From: an uncultured candidatus Porisulfidus sp.
GTDB taxonomy: Bacteria; Pseudomonadota; Gammaproteobacteria; Poriferisulfidales; Poriferisulfidaceae
Direction of reading: 5' to 3'
Length of the DNA: 64,000 nucleotides
NCBI GenBank assembly: GCA_963668445.1
Contig: OY764335.1
Span: forward strand, 532,297 to 596,296
Below the pieces are notes generated by a model. It searched no databases and was not told where the DNA came from. It saw nothing but the letters and a program-made list of their open reading frames with translations. Position 1 is the first letter of the stretch. Every line of letters begins with the position of its first letter. The position numbers were made by a program, and so were the translations under genes. Shown here piece after piece: positions 58,408-64,000 of the stretch.

Positions 58408-59285
58408 ACGAGTCCCGTAATGTCATCTACAGCATCGAGGCGCGGGTGGCGCAGGTGCACCATCTGGGGGCGGAGCAGCATGTGCTGACGCTGGAGGCTC
58501 CGGACATTGCCCGCACGGCCGTGCCGGGGAGTTTCGTGCATGTGGCGCCGGATGAGGAGGGGCGCAGCCTGCGCCGGCCCCTTTCGATCCTGTGGAGCGA
58601 CCCGCAGGCGGGAACCGTCGATGTGCTGTACAAGGTCGTCGGCGAGGGCACGGCGGCGCTGGCGAGGATCGAGCAAGGCGAAATGCGGCCCGTGCTCGGA
58701 CCGGTCGGACGCGGCTTCGCGTTTGATCCGGCGTACGACCGTCCGCTTCTGGTGGGCGGCGGCGTCGGCATTCCGCCCATCCTGTTTCTGGCGCGGGAGA
58801 TCAGGCAGCAGGCCGAGCCGCTGGTGGTCATGGGCTCGGAAGTGCCGTTCCCGTTCAAGAGTCGCCCGTCGGCCATTCGGGTTCCGGGCATGCCGGACGG
58901 CGTCATCGCCGGCATGGAACTTCTGGAGGATTGGGGCATTGCGTCGCGCTTGTGCTCGCTGCAAGGCTACGCAGGCTGCCATGCGGGCTATGTGGATGCG
59001 TTGGCGCGGATGTGGCTGGAGGTCCAGACCGACGAACTGTGCGCTCGGGTGGCGGTGTACGCATGCGGCCCGATGCCGATGCTGGAAGCTGTGGCGAAAC
59101 TGGCGCGGGATTTCGGGCTGCCGTGCCAAGTCTGCGTCGAGGAGTACATGGCTTGCGCCGTAGGCGGCTGCGCCGGCTGCACTTTGCCTGTCATGGGCGA
59201 GCATGGCCTCGCCATGAAGCGGGTATGCGTGGACGGGCCGGTGTTTGATGCACGTTCCGTGTTCTATGCCGAGGCAGGGGCCTAG
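58404..59285 (+). CDS. PyrK-like FAD/NAD(P)-binding oxidoreductase with a C-terminal 2Fe-2S cluster.
   Basis: FNR-family FAD-binding RRPLSI, NAD-binding LLVGGGVGIPP, and a C-terminal C-x4-C-x2-C...C motif (CAVGGCAGC...C). Confidence 0.55.
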   Translation: MNESRNVIYSIEARVAQVHHLGAEQHVLTLEAPDIARTAVPGSFVHVAPDEEGRSLRRPLSILWSDPQAGTVDVLYKVVGEGTAALARIEQGEMRPVLGPVGRGFAFDPAYDRPLLVGGGVGIPPILFLAREIRQQAEPLVVMGSEVPFPFKSRPSAIRVPGMPDGVIAGMELLEDWGIASRLCSLQGYAGCHAGYVDALARMWLEVQTDELCARVAVYACGPMPMLEAVAKLARDFGLPCQVCVEEYMACAVGGCAGCTLPVMGEHGLAMKRVCVDGPVFDARSVFYAEAGA

Positions 59286-59319
59286 GCACCGGGCCGGCTT
59301 GTCCTGAAAGGCGCCTATA

Positions 59320-60039
59320 ATGGATGCGGACAACTCTGTCGCGGAGCGGCTGCAGGCATTGCAGCAGCGCGTCCGGGAAGCGGAACGACGGTACGGACGC
59401 GCTCCGGGCAGCGTCCGGTTGCTGGCGGTCAGCAAGCAGCAGGATGTCGCCTTGATGCGTGCGGCGGTGCGGCTGGGGGTTCAGGATCTTGGCGAGAATC
59501 ATGTGCAACCGGCCATGGAGAAAATGACGGCCATGTCGGATTGCGCGGTGCGCTGGCACTTCATCGGTTCCATCCAAAGCCGCAAGGCGAAGGAGGTGGC
59601 GCACCGCTTCGATTGGACGCACAGCCTGGATCGTCTGGAGGTGGCCCGGCGCCTGCACGATGCGCGTCCGGAGGGCATGCCGAAGCTTTCCGTGTGCGTA
59701 CAGGTGAAGATCGGCGGCGAGTCCGGAAAATCCGGCATCGAGTTGGTGCAGGTGGCATCCTTCCTCGAGCGCTTGGCCGAATTGGGCCGGCTGCATGTGC
59801 GCGGTCTGATGACCATTCCGGCGCCGGTCGCCGGGTTTGATGCGCAACGGGCGCAGTTCGCTCTCTTGCGCGCTTGCCAAGAGCGGATGAATGCGGCCGG
59901 CTTCAATCTGGACGTGCTGTCGATGGGCATGAGCGGCGATTTCGAAGCGGCGATCGCCGAGGGGGCGACTTGGATCCGGATCGGCACCGCCTTGTTCGGG
60001 CCCCGGCCGCAGCAGGAGCGGAGGCATGCACATGTCTGA
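59320..60039 (+). CDS. yggS: YggS-family PLP-homeostasis protein.
   Basis: ...RLLAVSKQQ... has the PLP-binding Lys context. The roughly 230-aa alanine-racemase N-terminal fold precedes proC as in many proteobacteria. Confidence 0.8.
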   Translation: MDADNSVAERLQALQQRVREAERRYGRAPGSVRLLAVSKQQDVALMRAAVRLGVQDLGENHVQPAMEKMTAMSDCAVRWHFIGSIQSRKAKEVAHRFDWTHSLDRLEVARRLHDARPEGMPKLSVCVQVKIGGESGKSGIELVQVASFLERLAELGRLHVRGLMTIPAPVAGFDAQRAQFALLRACQERMNAAGFNLDVLSMGMSGDFEAAIAEGATWIRIGTALFGPRPQQERRHAHV

Positions 60040-60871
60040 TGTGCCGCGACTGTTGCTGATTGGCGGCGGCAACATGGGCCGTGCGCTCATCGGCGGCCTG
60101 CTTCGGCATGGCTGGGAGGCCGGACGCATTGCGGTCGCAGACCCGGATCCGCAATCGCATCAGGTGCTCTCCGAGGAGTTCGGTTTGGAACGGCGCTTCT
60201 ATGATAATTCGCTGGCGTACGACGAGGTGCGCCCGGCGGTGCTGCTGTTCGCCGTCAAGCCGGGCCGGATGCCGACGACCGCGACGGACTTGGCGCCTTG
60301 GATGGTGGCGGAGCCTCCGCTGCTCATGACCATCGCCGCCGGCGTGCGTGCGGACGATCTGGCGCGATGGACCGGCGGGCACTGCCCTGTGGTGCGCGTA
60401 ATGCCGAACACGCCGGCTCTCGTTGGTGCGGGCATGAGCGTGCTGTATGCCCGCGATGAAGCTTCGGCTGCGCAGCGCGAACTGGCCGAACGGATCATGC
60501 GAAGCGTCGGGCGGACGCTGTGGGTGGACGACGAGGGCCTCATGGATGCGGCGACGGCGGTGTCCGGCAGCGGGCCGGCCTATTTCTTCGCCTTCATGCA
60601 GGCGATGATCGAGAGCGCTTGCGGCATGGGCTTGAATGAGGAGCAGGCGCGCATGCTGGTGCTCGAAACGGCGCGCGGTGCGCAGCAATTGGCTGGCGCG
60701 TCCGAGGGGTCGCTGGATGCGCTCTGCCGGCAGGTTACGTCCAAGGGCGGAACGACCGAGAAAGCGCTCGAGGTCATGGAATCGAGCGACTTCCACGGAA
60801 TCGTCGCCAAGGCGCTGGAAGCGGCGCGTCGGCGAGCTCAAGAGATCGGGGATGAAAACGGTCGGGCTTGA
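60026..60871 (+). CDS. proC: Pyrroline-5-carboxylate reductase.
   Basis: Rossmann motif LLLIGGGNMGRAL. The C-terminal dimerisation-domain signature is ...VTSKGGTTEKAL. Confidence 0.85.
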   Translation: MHMSDVPRLLLIGGGNMGRALIGGLLRHGWEAGRIAVADPDPQSHQVLSEEFGLERRFYDNSLAYDEVRPAVLLFAVKPGRMPTTATDLAPWMVAEPPLLMTIAAGVRADDLARWTGGHCPVVRVMPNTPALVGAGMSVLYARDEASAAQRELAERIMRSVGRTLWVDDEGLMDAATAVSGSGPAYFFAFMQAMIESACGMGLNEEQARMLVLETARGAQQLAGASEGSLDALCRQVTSKGGTTEKALEVMESSDFHGIVAKALEAARRRAQEIGDENGRA

Positions 60872-60962
60872 GTTGCGTTCCATGTTGCTGATGCAGACTT
60901 CGATGGGTTCGATGCGCCGCAGAGGCTTGCGAACGGGAATTTGAGAAAAGCGATTCGATCGG

Positions 60963-61511
60963 ATGGATTTCATAGCGCTGCTTAAGCTCTTGCTGAGCCT
61001 GTATTTGTACGGGCTGCTGCTGCGCTGGCTGCTGCAGGCGCATCGTGCGGATTTCTACAATCCGCTGTCGCAAATGCTGGTGCGGGTCACCAACCCGGTG
61101 TGCCAGCCGGTGCGGCGCATCGTGCCGCTGGTGCGGGGATGGGATCTGCCGCTTCTCGTCGTGGCCTTGGCTCTGAAGCTGCTCATCTTGTACCTTTCGG
61201 GGGCCATGCACATGCAGGTCTCGGCGCTGGGCTTGGGGCTTTTTGCGCTGGCGCAGTTGGCGGCGATGGTGCTGAATCTCTATCTGGTGCTGCTGATCGT
61301 GGCGGTGGTGGCGAGTTGGGTGCAGCTGGCGGCGGGCGCGGCGCCGCTTTTGATGCTGGTGCATAGCGTGACCGCGCCGCTTCTGTCGCGCATCCGAGCG
61401 GTGCTTCCGAACACGGGAATGCTCGACTTCTCGCCGATGGTGGCGCTGTTCGGCATCTATTTCGCGGGCACGGCGTTGAATCAGTTCGGTGCTTGGGTAT
61501 TGCGGCTGTAG
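60963..61511 (+). CDS. yggT: YggT-family membrane protein.
   Basis: Two YGGT-like hydrophobic repeats. Follows proC as in the conserved yggS-proC-yggT cluster. Confidence 0.7.
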   Translation: MDFIALLKLLLSLYLYGLLLRWLLQAHRADFYNPLSQMLVRVTNPVCQPVRRIVPLVRGWDLPLLVVALALKLLILYLSGAMHMQVSALGLGLFALAQLAAMVLNLYLVLLIVAVVASWVQLAAGAAPLLMLVHSVTAPLLSRIRAVLPNTGMLDFSPMVALFGIYFAGTALNQFGAWVLRL

Positions 61512-61584
61512 CGTTCTCGGGGCATGCAGGCTGGTCCTGCGGGACCGTCTGCTTAGCTTTGGCCGGTAGCACGGCCGGTCGCCG

Positions 61585-62712
61585 CTACGCGGCCGGCGGC
61601 TGGTACTGCCATTCGTCCACCGCAAACCGCCAGACCTCGTCCACTCGCGCAATCACAGACGGGTCTTCGGGATAAACATTCTTATGGTATCCCTCGAGGC
61701 TTTTCAGATATGCCTCGATTGGCGCATGCGCATCGTCCCAGCCCTCTATGCCCAATTGCCGATAAATGCGCTCCAACTCTGAAACCGGCCGCCGCTCGAG
61801 GTCTTCGTAACGCACTTCCACGAGGCGTCCGTCCGGAATCAGGTCGCGGTCTTCCAGATACTTGCGCATGAACCATATGTAGAACTGTTCAATGTTTTGG
61901 CGGGTCTGCTCCATTGTCGTCGCCTGCAGCTGGCAGACCTCCGTAAGCCGGGTGAACAGTCCTACGAGCGAGTTGTAAATGGTGTACGGGCTGCGTATGA
62001 TATGGATGAAGCGTGCTTCAGGGAACAGGCGCAGCAGATGCGGAATCCGGCCCATGTTGCCCGGACTCTTCAGCACGAGGCGCTTGCCGCCGGCGTTGTA
62101 GGCCGCCTTGCGCAACGTTTCCAGATACAGCCGTTCCCAGTGCGCCAGTTCGCGGGGCGACAGGGCATCCAGAGTCGAGTAGCGATGCAGCAGGAATGCT
62201 AGGCTTCGCGGGAATGAAAAGCAGTGCATGAAGGAACGATGGGTCATGTTGGATAGGGCGATTTCCTCTTCCTGAGGGGTGTTCGCTGAGACTTTCATGT
62301 TGTCCATCGGGCGCAGGATTTCCGGCATATTCTGCAAGCGCCGCCATGTGACCCCTTTGGACAGGAACAAGCCGGGCATCATCGCTTGCTGATTGGTGAG
62401 CGAGCCGAGGCGGGGATCCTGCGCCATCAGGTTGTGCAAGTGCGTGGTGCCGCTGCGGTTGCAGCCCAGAATGAACAGCGGCGAAGAATCGATAGGAACC
62501 CGTGCGACATGCCGCCTGTACAGCGGCCGTTCCGCCAACCGCCGCGGAGCGTGCATCGCCGTCACCAGAAGCATCTTCGCCAGCCGCTTTCGGTATTCCG
62601 TATCCGGGCCTCCGTGCTCCCACAGCAGCCGCATCCAGACATGCAGCGGGGCCATGATGTTGAGGGGAATGGTGACCCGGGCGGGCTTCGCCGCAGAAGC
62701 AGAATCATTCAT
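61585..62712 (-). CDS. Sulfotransferase-family protein.
   Basis: 5'-PSB motif ILGCNRSGTTHLHNL and a 3'-PB-like region RLVLKSPGNM. Confidence 0.7.
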   Translation of the reverse strand: MNDSASAAKPARVTIPLNIMAPLHVWMRLLWEHGGPDTEYRKRLAKMLLVTAMHAPRRLAERPLYRRHVARVPIDSSPLFILGCNRSGTTHLHNLMAQDPRLGSLTNQQAMMPGLFLSKGVTWRRLQNMPEILRPMDNMKVSANTPQEEEIALSNMTHRSFMHCFSFPRSLAFLLHRYSTLDALSPRELAHWERLYLETLRKAAYNAGGKRLVLKSPGNMGRIPHLLRLFPEARFIHIIRSPYTIYNSLVGLFTRLTEVCQLQATTMEQTRQNIEQFYIWFMRKYLEDRDLIPDGRLVEVRYEDLERRPVSELERIYRQLGIEGWDDAHAPIEAYLKSLEGYHKNVYPEDPSVIARVDEVWRFAVDEWQYQPPAA

Positions 62713-62763
62713 CGCGTTTTGGGTACCTGTCGATCATGTTCGTTCGGATTTTCCTGAGCGTGC

Positions 62764-64000
62764 CTATCGTCGCTTCTGAACCTTGAAAGCAAACGAGTCG
62801 GCCGGGCGCAAGTTTGGCAGATTCTGAACCGGCACCGGCCCTTTCCTTCCAACCCTTCCCAGTTCCAGTCCATGCAGTAGCGTCGCTACGACCAACGGGC
62901 AAAGCATCATCGCAAAACTGGCTCCAAGGCAGGCATGTGTGCCCAGTCCGAAAGGGGCGTACGTGCCCGGTGTGCTGTTTTCCATGCGTTCCGGCAAATA
63001 GCGGTCGATGTCGAAGCGCTCGGGATCGGGGTAGCATTCCGGAAGGCGGTGCACCACGGTCGAAGCGATGAGCACAGGCTCGCCGGCGGGAATCCGATAG
63101 CCGCCGAAATCGAAGGTATTGGCGGTCGTCCGAGGCATCACGTTGAGTGGTGGGTACATCCGAAGCGTTTCCATCATCACGCGGCGCAGGATATCCAGTT
63201 TCTTCACGGCCTCCGGCGCGGGCGTGCCGTGCGCAAACAGTTCGTCCGCTTCCGCCGTTCCCTGCATCATCAGATCCGGATTATCGAGCAAGGCGTACAG
63301 CATGAAGCCTACCGTGCTGCCGACCGTATCAATGCCGGCGAGGAACGGCAAACTCGTCGTTGCGGGAAAATCCGCTTCGGACAGGAATCCGGGGTCTTCC
63401 TCGTGCAGGGCAAGCATGGTGTCGAGGTAATGCTGTGCGGTGCCATCGCGTGGCTTCGTACGGTGCTGTCGCACGATGCCGGCGAGCAGTTCCAGCACCT
63501 GCTCGCGATGCTTCTCGTAATTCGGATATTTCATTGGCACTAGGAATTTGGGCCCACCACGCCTGAGCACCTGAAGGGCTATCTCCGCATCGATGAACTC
63601 CACCAAATCGTCCACGTATTCGCCCGCGGAGGTGCCGTAATGCAGGCGGGCCTGGACTTCCGCCATGAGGCGGAACAGTTCGTGGTTTGCGGGGACGGGC
63701 TTCCCTGTCGCCCATGCCGCCATCCGACGGTGCGTGGCATCTATGACATCGGGAATCCGGTCTGTTAGGCAATGGGGGCCGAATGGCTTTTTGAAAGCTT
63801 TGCGCATCCGGTCGTGGCCTGAACCGTCCATGGCGAGAAGAAAGCCTTCTCTCCCCGCTCCCATGTCTCTGCCGAACCGGCCCCATGCATCGAAGCTTCT
63901 CAGGCAGCGCGCGCTGTGCCGAGCGATGAAGCGATTCGCTTCCGGCCCGGCCAAGACCGTGCTCATGCGGTGCATCCCCCAGATGCGGAAAACCGGCCCC
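62764..64000 (-). CDS. Cytochrome P450. Its N-terminus is probably beyond the window end.
   Basis: Heme-binding loop FGLGTHACLG, the ExxR motif (METLR) and the PERF-like motif PERF. Confidence 0.8.
   Translation of the reverse strand, partial: GPVFRIWGMHRMSTVLAGPEANRFIARHSARCLRSFDAWGRFGRDMGAGREGFLLAMDGSGHDRMRKAFKKPFGPHCLTDRIPDVIDATHRRMAAWATGKPVPANHELFRLMAEVQARLHYGTSAGEYVDDLVEFIDAEIALQVLRRGGPKFLVPMKYPNYEKHREQVLELLAGIVRQHRTKPRDGTAQHYLDTMLALHEEDPGFLSEADFPATTSLPFLAGIDTVGSTVGFMLYALLDNPDLMMQGTAEADELFAHGTPAPEAVKKLDILRRVMMETLRMYPPLNVMPRTTANTFDFGGYRIPAGEPVLIASTVVHRLPECYPDPERFDIDRYLPERMENSTPGTYAPFGLGTHACLGASFAMMLCPLVVATLLHGLELGRVGRKGPVPVQNLPNLRPADSFAFKVQKRR

Overview
High-GC (about 65%) chromosomal segment that looks like a betaproteobacterial sulfur-oxidising chemolithoautotroph (Thiobacillus-like). 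The organism call is an inference from two adenylylsulfate reductase loci (aprM-aprB-aprA at 892-4019 and a second aprB-aprA at 15758-18227), a hemC-hemD-hemX-hemY operon and the overall gene order. No rRNA, tRNA or CRISPR array was seen.

The outstanding feature is a 13-kb gene on the minus strand (29885-42895). It encodes a roughly 4336-aa secreted surface protein. It has an N-terminal signal peptide, about five fibronectin-III-like modules, then 17 nucleotide-identical 570-bp tandem repeats. Each repeat encodes two 'putative Ig' (He_PIG, dystroglycan-type cadherin-like) domains with an LPxGLSFDAATRTLSGTP motif. The protein ends in an autotransporter-like beta-barrel finishing in Phe.

Two long homopolymeric G/C tracts sit at the 5' ends of surface-protein genes. 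One is 24 nt long (42937-42960), 41 nt upstream of the giant gene's start codon. The other is 23 nt long (399-421) and directly follows an ATG at 424-422 on the minus strand. That ATG opens a partial paralogous FN3-type secreted protein gene running off the window start, and the tract is in frame as a poly-Pro stretch. Together these are classic slipped-strand phase-variation (contingency-locus) signatures, which is unexpected in a free-living sulfur oxidiser.

Other points of interest:
- A 75-nt conserved non-coding element carrying a TTGCA-N2-TGCAA palindrome occurs twice, upstream of aprM and upstream of a zapB-like/zapA operon. A 14-mer fragment of it also lies upstream of the giant adhesin.
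- A lower-GC islet carries a class-II Fic gene whose C-terminal winged helix is frameshifted.
- A histone-H1-like gene is built from perfect 60-nt tandem repeats.
- A candidate 6S RNA lies downstream of zapA.
- A sulfotransferase and a cytochrome P450 are adjacent at the window end.
- Housekeeping genes make up the rest: katG, argH, lysA, cmoAB, pfp, ampD, msrB, gshA, gshB, metK, ahcY, pyrR, pyrB, a pyrC-like gene, proC, ilvA, fpr and tpx.

Many long ORFs in the six-frame track are antisense or GC-frame artefacts and were rejected, including the 3357-aa glycine-rich ORF at 31259-41332.
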